Source: a virus
Lineage: Duplodnaviria > Heunggongvirae > Uroviricota > Caudoviricetes
DNA: 64,000 nt
Virus record (IMG/VR): IMGVR_UViG_2788499997_000004
Strand: one strand, 5' to 3'
The translations under genes and the position numbers were made by a program. A model generated the notes under the pieces. That model searched no databases and was not told the origin of the DNA. It saw only the letters and a program-made list of their open reading frames with translations. Below are positions 25,724-36,442 of this stretch, in pieces (the stretch's first letter is position 1; every line of letters begins with the position of its first letter).

Positions 25724-27685
25724 ATGGAATTAAAGAACAATTATCAGTATTTATTACTTTCACAATATAGAATGGCTGTTTATGATGATACAGAATTGCC
25801 ATTAACTCATGAAAATCTCATTAAAGCCATCACATTGAATGAGAATCTATTATCTCTCGGTTATACTTTAACAGCTAAGGATATCATTACATTAGCAACT
25901 TCTCCATCATTAGACACCTTTTACTCCTCAATCAAATCCATCATCCCAAATATCAAAGCTAAGCCAATGTATCCAAACTTTCCTCAACAGGTCATGAAGA
26001 TGGATGAGGCAACATATCGCTTCCATCAAATGGTTCACTATTTTTCGACATATGGACTTGAATCTATGTTGCCAATTGAGATTTGTAAAGGATGGTTGCC
26101 TAGCGTTGAAGACACAGAAAAGATTAAAGAGGATGATACGTTATTAGAAGCCAAGGTACTAAGACTTTTACCTTGTAAACTCCAATATCAAACTCCTTAC
26201 ACATTATCTGTATCAAAGACTGAAAGAATGACTGCCATGGAAAGAGAAATTGTCAGACATGCGTGTACAGAAATTCCTTTAAAAATCCTTCAGCAAACAC
26301 CTATCCCATTTAAGGAGAATTTATTGGAATTATCATGGATTCTTTTCAATACATTAGAAAAACAATCATTTCAGGATACACTTTCAAAAATCTGCAAACA
26401 TACCGGAGATGTGTTAAGAGTCATCGCATACATCTATAAAAGAAATCATTACCATTTCAAGACAAGTCAGAAAAGAATGTTTGTGCAGGTTCTGGAAAGA
26501 TATTCCCCTGCAGACCTTGAAATAAACCTGATGCTTTCTTGGAAGAAAAGAGAGGGAAATATCAAGGTTTTACAGGGGATTGATTATCAGAACTACTCTC
26601 GCTCATTACCTCATATGAATGCTGTCAAAAAGCTAAGAAACAAGGAGTTGCGTTCATGGAATGGACAGGTTGATGCTATGCTTAAGATAAAGGATGAAAA
26701 GGCCGTCTCTTACATTGGTCAAAGACCAGGAATGCTACTGAGAATGATGGCATGGTTGATGAGACTAGGATATGATAAAGAATCAATCAAGAAGGAACTG
26801 ATGTATCATCGTGAAGACTTATCTATGCCAACTCTTATAACAGTCTTGACGTATTTCGGGGGACATGAGGAAAGAGAAGAGGCTGAAGGAATTTATGAAG
26901 TTTTAAGTGAGGTTCTTTTTGAAAAGATGAAATATCTCAAAACACCTCTACAGAACAAGAAAGTCTATGTGGATGAAGGAAACTTCTCCATGATAGATTC
27001 CATTGTTGAGTGTTCATCAAAATCTGATGAGGGAGGATACATCAGAAGTGGACTTGCCATCAAGATTCCAGAGAATGTAAAGAGATTACGTTTCTTTGTC
27101 TACTGGAATGACAAGAAGAGAGTGGATATTGACCTCCACGCTGATGCCTTTGATAAGGAAGGAAATGCATTTCATGTTGGATGGTATGGAGAATATCATA
27201 AAAATGGTATTGTGACATCAGGAGATATCACACATAGCAACGCTGCAGAATATATTGATATTGATATGACAAAGAATGTAGCTCGTGTCGATGCTCAAAT
27301 TGATATCTACGATGGAAAGAGAAGTTTCAAGGAAATAGAAGAGTGTTTTGTTGGAATGATGGCTGTCAATCAATTAGGAGAAGACGTGAAGCTATATAAT
27401 CCAAAGAACTGCTTCTTCTCACATTATCTAAGAAGTCAGCTGGACTATATGAACTATGGATTTATTGCTGTAGACAAAAGACTTCTAATCTTTGGAGGAA
27501 AGAATAGACTAGAAGACTTGTACTCATCAAAGTTCAATCTTAAAGTCTATGTGGATTTGCTTTGCTTGGCACAAGGGGCAACAATGGTTTCCAATAGAGA
27601 GGAAGCTGAAATCATCTTAAGTGTAGATAAGAGAGAAGAAGAGAATAGTGTATCTCTGATAGATAATAACTTTTTTGTTGAATAG
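25724..27685 (+). CDS. hypothetical large protein
   Basis: 653 aa; RBS aaggagg; no recognisable motif. Confidence 0.45.
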   Translation: MELKNNYQYLLLSQYRMAVYDDTELPLTHENLIKAITLNENLLSLGYTLTAKDIITLATSPSLDTFYSSIKSIIPNIKAKPMYPNFPQQVMKMDEATYRFHQMVHYFSTYGLESMLPIEICKGWLPSVEDTEKIKEDDTLLEAKVLRLLPCKLQYQTPYTLSVSKTERMTAMEREIVRHACTEIPLKILQQTPIPFKENLLELSWILFNTLEKQSFQDTLSKICKHTGDVLRVIAYIYKRNHYHFKTSQKRMFVQVLERYSPADLEINLMLSWKKREGNIKVLQGIDYQNYSRSLPHMNAVKKLRNKELRSWNGQVDAMLKIKDEKAVSYIGQRPGMLLRMMAWLMRLGYDKESIKKELMYHREDLSMPTLITVLTYFGGHEEREEAEGIYEVLSEVLFEKMKYLKTPLQNKKVYVDEGNFSMIDSIVECSSKSDEGGYIRSGLAIKIPENVKRLRFFVYWNDKKRVDIDLHADAFDKEGNAFHVGWYGEYHKNGIVTSGDITHSNAAEYIDIDMTKNVARVDAQIDIYDGKRSFKEIEECFVGMMAVNQLGEDVKLYNPKNCFFSHYLRSQLDYMNYGFIAVDKRLLIFGGKNRLEDLYSSKFNLKVYVDLLCLAQGATMVSNREEAEIILSVDKREEENSVSLIDNNFFVE

Positions 27686-27834
27686 ACTGCTCATATAGGG
27701 TAGTCTATTTTTTATAAAGAAACGGATATGTTAATAATAGGAAAATCATAAAATTATTTAGAAAAATAACAAATATTTATAAAAATATGTTATTATAGAG
27801 AAGTCAAAAATAGTAAAGAAAGGAGGTTGGATGA

Positions 27835-29298
27835 ATGTTAAATACTATTTTATCGCCAGGAATTATTATAGGAGCCATCGTTATTATCATTATTGTTTTG
27901 ATTGTGTTGACTGGTTATGTCAAGGCATCACCAGATACGGCGTATATTATATCTGGATTGAGAAAAGAACCAAAAGTTTTGATTGGTAAAGCAGGAATTA
28001 AAATACCTTTCCTAGAAAAGAAAGATGAATTGAATTTACAATTAATTCCTATTGATGTACAAACTTCTAACGCTGTACCAACAGCCGATTATATCAATAT
28101 TAATGTCGATGCTACAGTGAATGTAAAAATCAGTGACAAAACAGAATTATTGAATTTAGCTGCACAAAACTTTTTAAATAAATCGACAGAATATATTGCA
28201 AGAGTAGCACGAGAAGTCCTTGAGGGAAACGTTCGTGAAATTGTCGGCCGAATGAATTTGGAAGAAATGGTTTCTGATAGACAAAAATTTGCTGAATTGG
28301 TTAAGGAAAATGCAGAACCAGATTTGGCAAAAATGGGACTAGATATCGTTTCTTTTAATGTTCAGAATTTCATGGATGACCAACAAGTTATTGAAAACCT
28401 TGGTGTTGATAATATTGTAAAAATTCAAAAGAATGCAGCCATTTCTAGAGCAGTGAGCGAACGAGACATTGCAGAAGCCCAATCAAAAGCTTCACAAGAA
28501 GCCAATGATGCTAGAATTGAAGCGGAAACAAAAATTGCAGAAAGAAATAATGAATTAGCCATTAAACAGGCAGAATTAAAGAAGGTTTCTGATGCAAAGA
28601 AAGCAGAAGCAGATGCTGCTTATAAGATTCAAGAAGAACAATCTCGTAAGTCTATTGAAATTGCCACTGCAGATGCCAACATTATGCGCCAAGAAAAGGA
28701 AATTGAATTAAGAAGAAAAGATGTAGAAGTCACTGAACAAGAATTAGAAGCCAAAATCAAAAAACAGGCAGAAGCTGAAAAATTTGCTGCTCAACAAAAA
28801 GCTGATGCTGAATTGTATAAGCGTCAAAAAGAAGCTGAAGCAAGATTCTTTGAGACTCAAAAAGAAGCCGAAGCTCAAAAGGCTAAAGCAGAAGCTATCA
28901 AATATCAAATGGAACAGGAAGCTGCTGGTATTGCAGCCAAAGGTGAGGCTGAAGCCAAAGCCATTGAAGCAAAAGGTATTGCTGAAGCTCAAGCTCTTGA
29001 TAGAAAAGCAGAAGCTATGAAAAAATATGGAGAAGCTGCCATTGCTGAAATGTATTTCAATGCTTGGCCAAAAGCTGTTGAAGCAGCTGCAAAACCTCTT
29101 GAAAAGGTTGGTAATATTACTATGTATGGTGAAGGAAACAGTGCAAAGCTTATTGAGGACGTTATGAAAAGTACAACTCAAGTCAATTCAGGTTTAGAAG
29201 GAAGTATCGGCATGGGATTAAATCCAATGTTATCTAGTTTGCTTGGAATCAAAGCAATGTCAACTTTATCTGATAATCAGACTAATGAAGGAGAGTAA
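27835..29298 (+). CDS. flotillin / SPFH (band-7) family membrane protein
   Basis: N-terminal TM segment, an SPFH-like region, and a long Ala/Glu/Lys coiled coil with EA repeats (AEAQKAKAEAIKYQ...), as in YuaG/FloT. Confidence 0.6.
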   Translation: MLNTILSPGIIIGAIVIIIIVLIVLTGYVKASPDTAYIISGLRKEPKVLIGKAGIKIPFLEKKDELNLQLIPIDVQTSNAVPTADYININVDATVNVKISDKTELLNLAAQNFLNKSTEYIARVAREVLEGNVREIVGRMNLEEMVSDRQKFAELVKENAEPDLAKMGLDIVSFNVQNFMDDQQVIENLGVDNIVKIQKNAAISRAVSERDIAEAQSKASQEANDARIEAETKIAERNNELAIKQAELKKVSDAKKAEADAAYKIQEEQSRKSIEIATADANIMRQEKEIELRRKDVEVTEQELEAKIKKQAEAEKFAAQQKADAELYKRQKEAEARFFETQKEAEAQKAKAEAIKYQMEQEAAGIAAKGEAEAKAIEAKGIAEAQALDRKAEAMKKYGEAAIAEMYFNAWPKAVEAAAKPLEKVGNITMYGEGNSAKLIEDVMKSTTQVNSGLEGSIGMGLNPMLSSLLGIKAMSTLSDNQTNEGE

Positions 29299-29445
29299 TC
29301 CCCTTCATTTTTTTTCTGTATTTTTCGCACAAAGCAACATTTATATGATAAAATATAGACAATTTGAAATAGGTGTAGACACCTGGAGGGCAGAGAAGAT
29401 ACGTATTCATTTATGTGTTTTCTCTGTCTTTTTATGGAGGTAGAA

Positions 29446-29745
29446 ATGATAAGAGTTAATTACGATTTTACTATCAAATCTTATTCACAGGGATATAAGG
29501 TTTATCGTGAGTTACATAAGATTGATAAAAAGGGAAACCCATTATATGATTTTTTAGGATATGCTACTGATATTCCACATGCTCTGGGAATGATTCAAAA
29601 ACGCATGGAAAGAGAAAAGGTAGATGAAGGTGATTGGACATTAAAAGAAGCAATTGAACAATTCAAGGCAATTCATGATGATTTATATAAGGATTTTTTA
29701 AGTATTGAACAAACTATCAAAAACCATGAAAACACTCACTCATAA
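29446..29745 (+). CDS. hypothetical protein
   Basis: ATG follows tatggaggtagaa; 99 aa. Confidence 0.35.
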   Translation: MIRVNYDFTIKSYSQGYKVYRELHKIDKKGNPLYDFLGYATDIPHALGMIQKRMEREKVDEGDWTLKEAIEQFKAIHDDLYKDFLSIEQTIKNHENTHS

Positions 29746-29965
29746 TTGGATAAGATTTTGGATTGGCTACATAGCCCTGTTTATGATTTTATGCATGGCT
29801 GATGTAAAAACTGGATTGTTCTTTTATGGCCCCATCGGGATTATGCATGGAATGTTGATAGGATATATCATATATCCAAATATGAATGATAAGAAGTTTT
29901 ATATTCCATACTATTTGTATTATATTTGGACATTTGTTAACTGTTTATTGTTTATATACTTGTAA
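29705..29965 (+). CDS. small membrane protein
   Basis: 86 aa with two to three hydrophobic segments. Confidence 0.3.
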   Translation: MNKLSKTMKTLTHNWIRFWIGYIALFMILCMADVKTGLFFYGPIGIMHGMLIGYIIYPNMNDKKFYIPYYLYYIWTFVNCLLFIYL

Positions 29966-30060
29966 AATAAAAACAACAAAAAGTAGATAATAGCATATCT
30001 ATATTGACTTAAAACAGTTAATATGATATAATATGTATACATTTGAAGGAGGTATGATAG

Positions 30061-30954
30061 ATGGCTAATAAAAGTTTTATTATTAATAAATTAAAAGAAA
30101 GATTAGCATGGATGAAGGAAAATACTGACTATAATGTGGCATTTATCTGTCTTCAGGGAAGCCAAAATTATGCTATGGATACAAAAAAAAGTGATGTTGA
30201 CGTTAAGTGCTTTATAGTTCCTACGCTAAAGGACATGGTAAGCAATAAACAACCAGTCAGCAAAATTTATACTATGGATGATAACAGCATCATTGATGTT
30301 AAAGATATAAGACTGTTACCTTCATTGCTACATAAATGCAATCCATCTTATCTTGAACTTTTGTATTCTGATTATTTTTTAACAAACAATTCTTATCATC
30401 GCGTACCAACTTTAAGATTGAAAAAACAATTAAAGAAAGTTCGTCATGATATTTGCAATAGAGATGTTATGCGTTTTATGAAATGCTTAAAAGGCAATGT
30501 ACATGATAGACGTAAACATATGGAAAAAGAAACAGAAACGACTGCTAAGGACATTGAAATCTATGGATATGTTCCTAAGGACTTTCATCATTTATTGAGA
30601 TATACTTACATGATTGAAGAAATCAATAGACTTGGTAAAATCAAGTTTGAGTCATTAATGTCTCTTGATTTTTTAACAAGACCGAAATTCAATGAATTAA
30701 AGCTCTACAAGACAAATCCTGTTTCAAAAGTGGAAGCCATGAGATTAGCAGATATGTATGTCAATAAAGCGGATAGAATTGTAGAAGAATTTGAAGCAAA
30801 CTATAGTGGCAATATTAATGATGAAATTGATGAAAAAGTGAAACATTATGTCAATGAGTATGTAGAGTTCTGTATTGAACGTGATGTGATTACAGAATTC
30901 GTTGACAAGGTTCAACAAAAGAAATTAAAAGAAGTAGAAAGAGAAAGGAGCTAA
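30061..30954 (+). CDS. RlaP-like predicted nucleotidyltransferase (Pol-beta NTase superfamily)
   Basis: LQGSQNYAMDTKKSDVDVKCFIVPT matches the GS-x(9-13)-DxD NTase motif as arranged in RlaP-type (PF10127-like) proteins. Confidence 0.45.
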   Translation: MANKSFIINKLKERLAWMKENTDYNVAFICLQGSQNYAMDTKKSDVDVKCFIVPTLKDMVSNKQPVSKIYTMDDNSIIDVKDIRLLPSLLHKCNPSYLELLYSDYFLTNNSYHRVPTLRLKKQLKKVRHDICNRDVMRFMKCLKGNVHDRRKHMEKETETTAKDIEIYGYVPKDFHHLLRYTYMIEEINRLGKIKFESLMSLDFLTRPKFNELKLYKTNPVSKVEAMRLADMYVNKADRIVEEFEANYSGNINDEIDEKVKHYVNEYVEFCIERDVITEFVDKVQQKKLKEVERERS

Positions 30955-31023
30955 GTTATAATTTTATAGAATCTGAAAAGCTACCTTTTATGGTGGCTTT
31001 TTTTTCTTAGGAGGGATACAAGC

Positions 31024-31524
31024 ATGACTTTAGAAGAATTAAAAAATATTAGTAATGAAATCAAGATAAGAAATAGTACAGGTACTCATATGATAAAGCA
31101 TGTTTTTATTTATAAACCTTCAAAGAAAACATTTAAGACCTTTCAAAAATTAAATTTACCTTATATAAGTGACTTAATTCTTTCAATAGATGAGGACAAA
31201 AAATCATGCTTTCAGTTCTACTATGAGTCTCATCTAGAGAATGAGTTTCACGGTGTTATAGATATAGAATGCAATGAAAATGGTTTTTGTTCCTATGTCT
31301 GTTTTAAAACAAGATACTTGAGAAAGAAATCTCCTAATAAGTATAGAGATTTAGGCAATTTTGAAATATATGGCGTCATAAGGGGTGGGAAGTTATTTCA
31401 ATATCAGGTTTATACATCGATAGCTTTTTATAAAGATGCTGATATTTGTCCGGGTTGTGGAAATATTAATTATTTAAGCTATCAAGAAGCGTTAAAAAAA
31501 AGAAATAGCTATTTACATGAATAA
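31024..31524 (+). CDS. hypothetical protein, tandem paralog A
   Basis: MTLEELKNISNEIKIRN... is paralogous to the next gene (IDIECNENGFCSYVCFKT versus IDIQCNEEGFVAYTCFFAT). Confidence 0.4.
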   Translation: MTLEELKNISNEIKIRNSTGTHMIKHVFIYKPSKKTFKTFQKLNLPYISDLILSIDEDKKSCFQFYYESHLENEFHGVIDIECNENGFCSYVCFKTRYLRKKSPNKYRDLGNFEIYGVIRGGKLFQYQVYTSIAFYKDADICPGCGNINYLSYQEALKKRNSYLHE

Positions 31525-31570
31525 CCCAGATTTTGGGCTAAGAAGAATGTATACACTGAAATAAAAGGAG

Positions 31571-32059
31571 TTGAAAAATATGACTTTAGAAGAATTCAAA
31601 AGCATCAGCAATGAAATTAAATTAAGAAATATGACATCTCAAAATATGATTCGACATTGCTTTATTTATAATCCAACAGAGGAAGATATTCAAAATCTTG
31701 TTAAGATGAAACTCATATATCATGAGCATAAGGATTCAGATTTCTTTACATTTGGAAAGTGGAAGCGTCCAAACAATGAAATGATTTCCTTTTTGAATGT
31801 AAAGATAGATATTCAATGCAATGAAGAAGGATTTGTAGCTTATACATGCTTCTTTGCTACTGAAGGAGGAAATAATAATAATCGAGGATATCTGAATTTA
31901 AAAGAAAACGAAATCATAGGAGTTATTCATAATCATCAATTTGGTTATTCAAAGTATGAGTCACTTAATTTTTATTTAGATATGTTATGTAGAGATAGAG
32001 AAACAAGACCTGATTTTTCTATATATCAAGAAATTCAAAAGGCGACAGCTTTATGTTAG
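31571..32059 (+). CDS. hypothetical protein, tandem paralog B
   Basis: See paralog A. Confidence 0.4.
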   Translation: MKNMTLEEFKSISNEIKLRNMTSQNMIRHCFIYNPTEEDIQNLVKMKLIYHEHKDSDFFTFGKWKRPNNEMISFLNVKIDIQCNEEGFVAYTCFFATEGGNNNNRGYLNLKENEIIGVIHNHQFGYSKYESLNFYLDMLCRDRETRPDFSIYQEIQKATALC

Positions 32060-32095
32060 AAATTTTATTGGGATTTTACCCAGGAGTGAAAGGAG

Positions 32096-32590
32096 TTGGA
32101 ATTAAGAAATCTATTCCCTAATGAAGCTTTGGATTTTACACCATGGCTAGCAAAAAACAATTTAATACCAGATATCATTCATACCCTCAACCTCTTTGAT
32201 AATCCTATCCATCTCTATAAGACTGAAGTTTCAGTAGGAGACTATCGTTTAGATATGATTTACAAAGAATCTGGAGGGAAGGGGAGTCTGATAGTAGAAA
32301 ATCAATATGGCAACAGTGACTCCCGACATCTCGGACAAATCATCGTTTATTCCAAGCTGACTCATATACCTAAAATACTGTGGATATGTGATAAGGTGTG
32401 CTTGGAGCATCGAAGAATATCCGAGAGTTTGAATGGTATCGAGATAATCCCAGTGTCTATGGAGATTGTTCCTAGAGCAGAGAGAAGATACTTCCTTAAA
32501 TCTCACATATATGGCAACTATAACCGAGTTATCACTTATCGACTTGGGGAAGATTGTGAGGTTTTGGGAAGGATTATAAATGGAGTGTAG
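32096..32590 (+). CDS. hypothetical protein (possible PD-(D/E)xK-like fold, weak)
   Basis: GDYRLDMIYK...LIVENQYG is reminiscent of restriction-endonuclease-like cores; not verified. Confidence 0.3.
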   Translation: MELRNLFPNEALDFTPWLAKNNLIPDIIHTLNLFDNPIHLYKTEVSVGDYRLDMIYKESGGKGSLIVENQYGNSDSRHLGQIIVYSKLTHIPKILWICDKVCLEHRRISESLNGIEIIPVSMEIVPRAERRYFLKSHIYGNYNRVITYRLGEDCEVLGRIINGV

Positions 32591-32629
32591 ATATAATTTC
32601 TTTTGAAAAAAGCATGAGGAGGTAGGAGA

Positions 32630-33070
32630 ATGGAAATCACAATAAACTCAAATATATTAATTGGAAGTATTATTGCAATTATAGTCATTGTTTTTAGTCT
32701 AATAGGACTATTTTGTGATGAAGATGAAAAACTTCTGACTCATATGGGATATTTTGCTTGTTTCTTTTTTGGAACATCAGCGTTAGCGTTAGTCCTTTTT
32801 GGAAACAGTGTATTATATTCTGAAAATACGGTATTTCTAACAGAAATTCCTAATACTCATGAATATTATATTTATCATCAAGGAGATGAACAAAGTTCAT
32901 TGCAGTATATGGAAGGAAATAAATTGATAACTGACAAAGTCAATGATTTAGAGATTATCTATGATGCCAAAGATGAACCTTATATGGAAATAGAGGAAGG
33001 GAAAAGCATCATCAATCAGACAATAGAAAAAAATGTAACTATTCATATGACTATTGAGGGAAATGAATAG
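32630..33070 (+). CDS. membrane-anchored paralog 1 of 4
   Basis: N-terminal TM helix or helices; C-terminal motif Y(M/L)(E/D)GxxL...PYMEIEEGK shared with the next three genes. Confidence 0.45.
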   Translation: MEITINSNILIGSIIAIIVIVFSLIGLFCDEDEKLLTHMGYFACFFFGTSALALVLFGNSVLYSENTVFLTEIPNTHEYYIYHQGDEQSSLQYMEGNKLITDKVNDLEIIYDAKDEPYMEIEEGKSIINQTIEKNVTIHMTIEGNE

Positions 33071-33115
33071 ACTTGAGATGCCAAAATGGCATTTCAAGAT
33101 GTGAGGAGGTAATAG

Positions 33116-33577
33116 ATGGCAAATGTAATTATTATACTCGGAATAATTTTTTTAATCATTGGATGCGTTTATGCTATATATTGTTTCATAAATGAAATGG
33201 ACTTATATATGACGATATTCTTTTCTGTGTTTTGTTTGGTCATAGGTGGGATACTCATAAAAGATGGAATAGATAGGAAGAACGCTAAAGAACAAGAACA
33301 AATGAGAAACGAGATTGTTGATATTGATGAAAGAACTGTTGTTCTCAAAGAATTACCAGAGCAATCATCGTATTATGATGTTCAGAATTTGTCTGGTGGT
33401 ACAAAGATAAAATATTTGGATGGCAAAGAATTAGTGACCTTAAATATTGATAATTATAGAGAATTTTATGATGCCGAGAATCAACCATATATTGAAATCA
33501 AAGAGAGCAAAAATACATACGGTGACGTGCTAGAAACAAATGTTGTTATTCATTTGAAGGTGCTAGAAGATGACTAA
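33116..33577 (+). CDS. membrane-anchored paralog 2 of 4
   Basis: IKYLDGKELVTL...QPYIEIKESKNTYGDVLETNVVIHL. Confidence 0.45.
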   Translation: MANVIIILGIIFLIIGCVYAIYCFINEMDLYMTIFFSVFCLVIGGILIKDGIDRKNAKEQEQMRNEIVDIDERTVVLKELPEQSSYYDVQNLSGGTKIKYLDGKELVTLNIDNYREFYDAENQPYIEIKESKNTYGDVLETNVVIHLKVLEDD

Positions 33578-34010
33578 TAATGAGCTTTTCCTTTATATAG
33601 GATTCGCATGTTTCTTCTTTGCGTTTATAGCTTTCTTGCAATTTCTTTGGGATGATTACGATGTTGTTATGAAGGAGTTTAGAGAAAGAGTATCCTTTTT
33701 TGCCATTTCCATAATCGTAGGATTCTTATGTTTTATTCCTGTGACGACATCTACTCAGGAAAACACTATCAAACTCAAGCCTATACCTGAACAAGGAACT
33801 TATTACACGTATCAAGAGAGTGATAAAACAATACGATATTTAGATGGAAGTGAATTAAAGAGCATGAAAGCAAATAGCTGTAAGGTTCTTTTTGATATTA
33901 ATGATGATAAGCAGCCATATATGGTGAAAACTGATAATTACAATGTTTATGGCAATAAAATTCAGACAGAAGTAGTTGTACATTTGAATAGTTTAGAAAC
34001 CCAAGAGTAA
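33570..34010 (+). CDS. membrane-anchored paralog 3 of 4
   Basis: IRYLDGSELKSM...QPYMVKTDNYNVYGNKIQTEVVVHL. Confidence 0.45.
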   Translation: MTNNELFLYIGFACFFFAFIAFLQFLWDDYDVVMKEFRERVSFFAISIIVGFLCFIPVTTSTQENTIKLKPIPEQGTYYTYQESDKTIRYLDGSELKSMKANSCKVLFDINDDKQPYMVKTDNYNVYGNKIQTEVVVHLNSLETQE

Positions 34011-34021
34011 CGGAGGTATAT

Positions 34022-34447
34022 ATGATAATAGCATTTAGTCTTATATTGATAGGAATATTATTATTTTGCTTAGGTTTATATTTGATGGAAGATTTTCATC
34101 CTGCTTTATCATTATTATGCGTTATTTTATGTTCAATTTCTGTGGCAGTAGGAATTTTCTTTCCAATTGATAAGATAACAACAAAATATTATATTGCTGA
34201 AGAAATGAAAAATAACGAGACTATTGCCTTGCTAAAGAGCAACTGTGATGAATATACAATGAAGTATATAGAAGATAATGAATTGAAGACATTAGATAAA
34301 GACAAGTCTGATACCAAAATTTACTTTGATGCTGAAAAGCCGTTTATCGAGGTGGAAAGAATACAAACTCTATTCTTTAGTGGGACGTCTATGAGCTTGC
34401 ATTTTCAAACACAAAAACAGATGGAAAAATTGATAGAAAATGAATAA
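34022..34447 (+). CDS. membrane-anchored paralog 4 of 4 (more divergent)
   Basis: MKYIEDNELKTL...KPFIEVERIQ. Confidence 0.4.
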   Translation: MIIAFSLILIGILLFCLGLYLMEDFHPALSLLCVILCSISVAVGIFFPIDKITTKYYIAEEMKNNETIALLKSNCDEYTMKYIEDNELKTLDKDKSDTKIYFDAEKPFIEVERIQTLFFSGTSMSLHFQTQKQMEKLIENE

Positions 34448-34474
34448 CCTTATCCTAAATAGGAGGAGTAATAT

Positions 34475-35203
34475 ATGGATAAAACAAATCAAAGTATCGA
34501 ACAGATATTTACAGACCCAAAAAATCTTGATAACTTCTTAGAAAATCCCAAGGAGTTAGAATATATATTATACGAACTTCTGACTCAAGGTGATAATATA
34601 CGTTTCATTCAAATACTGACATTATTAAAAAGAAGGTTAAATCAAATAACTAGAACGTCTGAAGATAATAATGAAAAAGTATATAAAATTGGATATGCTG
34701 AAGGAATGTTAAATCTCTGCATGAAAATTTCCACTTTTAAATCCGAAATCGAAATGAAAGAAATGAATTCCTCTGAGAATTTAGTAGAGAATATAGAAAA
34801 TAATTGCTGGCATAGCACTCTAAAACATAAAAAGAATTATAAAATCAAAACGGATGAAGATTATAACATATATATATTAGCTACAACAAATGACATAGAT
34901 GAGCTAATTAAAATGAAAAATGGGCTCTTGTCTAATCCACGTGGATATTCTAAAAAGGAGTTATCTAAGGCAATAGAACTTTATAATAAAGAGGAATTTA
35001 TAAATATAAGAGAAGAACTTTTGAAAGATAATATTGTGGCATCCTATGAAGTAACACTTATTATTGATGATTTTGGTAAAGAATTTTATTCGATTTATGA
35101 TGAACCAGAGATAGATGAGTATTTAAAAGGATTTTCAAATGAAAGATTTCGTATAAAGGATATAAAACATTTAAAGGCTTTGAAAAGATATAAAAATTAC
35201 TAA
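34475..35203 (+). CDS. hypothetical protein
   Basis: 242 aa. Confidence 0.4.
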   Translation: MDKTNQSIEQIFTDPKNLDNFLENPKELEYILYELLTQGDNIRFIQILTLLKRRLNQITRTSEDNNEKVYKIGYAEGMLNLCMKISTFKSEIEMKEMNSSENLVENIENNCWHSTLKHKKNYKIKTDEDYNIYILATTNDIDELIKMKNGLLSNPRGYSKKELSKAIELYNKEEFINIREELLKDNIVASYEVTLIIDDFGKEFYSIYDEPEIDEYLKGFSNERFRIKDIKHLKALKRYKNY

Positions 35204-35265
35204 TTGGTTTCAATCAAAAATAAGTATTAACAAAAACAAAAAAACAAAATATCAGAGGTGATACA

Positions 35266-35418
35266 ATGACTATAGGAGATATAATACCTTTATTTCTTAA
35301 GCTATTTGCTCAATCGTGGGGACTCTGCTTTTTGGCTGTTTTTGCATGTATGAGCCTAAGTTTGTTGTTTTTGATTTTGATGGAACCAGTATTTCGAAAG
35401 TTAGATAAGAATACCTAA
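35266..35418 (+). CDS. small hydrophobic peptide (50 aa), not in the ORF track
   Basis: ATGACTATAGGAGAT...AATACCTAA with RBS agaggtga; largely hydrophobic. Confidence 0.3.
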   Translation: MTIGDIIPLFLKLFAQSWGLCFLAVFACMSLSLLFLILMEPVFRKLDKNT

Positions 35419-35451
35419 CCAAAAGTAGATAGAATTTTTGAAAGGTGATGA

Positions 35452-35596
35452 AATGAATTATGTTTTGATGATGATAGTTTGTGGAATGGTTGTTAATGGG
35501 TTTAGATTGACCATCAATAAAAAAATGGCTAAGGGCATGATAATGTACGCCTTAGCTATTGTTCTAACTGTATATAGTATTTCATGGCTTGGATAA
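35452..35596 (+). CDS. small hydrophobic peptide (47 aa), not in the ORF track
   Basis: ATGAATTATGTTTTG...GGATAA after aaaggtgatgaa. Confidence 0.3.
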
Positions 35597-35612
35597 AAAA
35601 AGAGATGGCAAG

Positions 35613-36104
35613 CTATTTGCCATCTTCTTCACCTGTAAAGAAACCATCTAATAAACTATCAATTTCTTTATCAAGTTTAGCATCGTCTTCAACTATAGGA
35701 GTATAGTTAGAAGTTGATACTTTTTGCTGAGTGTCTTTATTGACATCATTCAACATTGCCAAAAGCTCCTCTTTAGAGAAGTTTGACATGAGTGCTCTAA
35801 GTAATGGAGCATTTTGTTGGTCAGCAGCCTTAATATGTGCTTCCAACATATCTGCATTTGCAGAAATTTTGGCTTGTTCAACTTTAGCTCTTTCAACCTT
35901 AACTTTTTCTCTGTGAGCAAGTAAGTTAAGAACTGCACTTCCAATAATAGCAAAGATAGCCATTATGAATAAGATAATTAGTGCAATTTGTACCAAGTTA
36001 AACATTCCTTCAACATTGTTCATGGCAGCAGTATTTTCTGCGTATGCCTGTTCGTACTGTGATGCTAAATCTGCATATGAAGATAAAGTTATAAAGTTTG
36101 CCAT
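35613..36104 (-). CDS. membrane protein with coiled-coil region
   Basis: 163 aa; central TM segment LVQIALIILFIMAIFAIIGSAVL. Confidence 0.4.
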   Translation of the reverse strand: MANFITLSSYADLASQYEQAYAENTAAMNNVEGMFNLVQIALIILFIMAIFAIIGSAVLNLLAHREKVKVERAKVEQAKISANADMLEAHIKAADQQNAPLLRALMSNFSKEELLAMLNDVNKDTQQKVSTSNYTPIVEDDAKLDKEIDSLLDGFFTGEEDGK

Positions 36105-36442
36105 AATATTCTCCCTTCCGATACATTCAAATGAATATACCTCACCCTGGCAAAGAATATATATTTTATAGTTTATATATTCAGGTGGCCTAAATTTATT
36201 AGGACTTGAAATGAATAGTTGATATTTAATCCATAAATGATGTGAAGTGAAGAAAGATAAATATCAGACTCCCAAAACACAAAAAAGAGACTTTGAAATA
36301 AAGTCTCAAGTCGGAATAAATATACATATATATTATAGCATCAACATTGCTATTTGTAATAAAACGAAATATTTTAAATATATATTTAGAAAATAACTAA
36401 AGTCATGCTTGATATGATAAAATAAAGATGTGGAGGTGGAAC

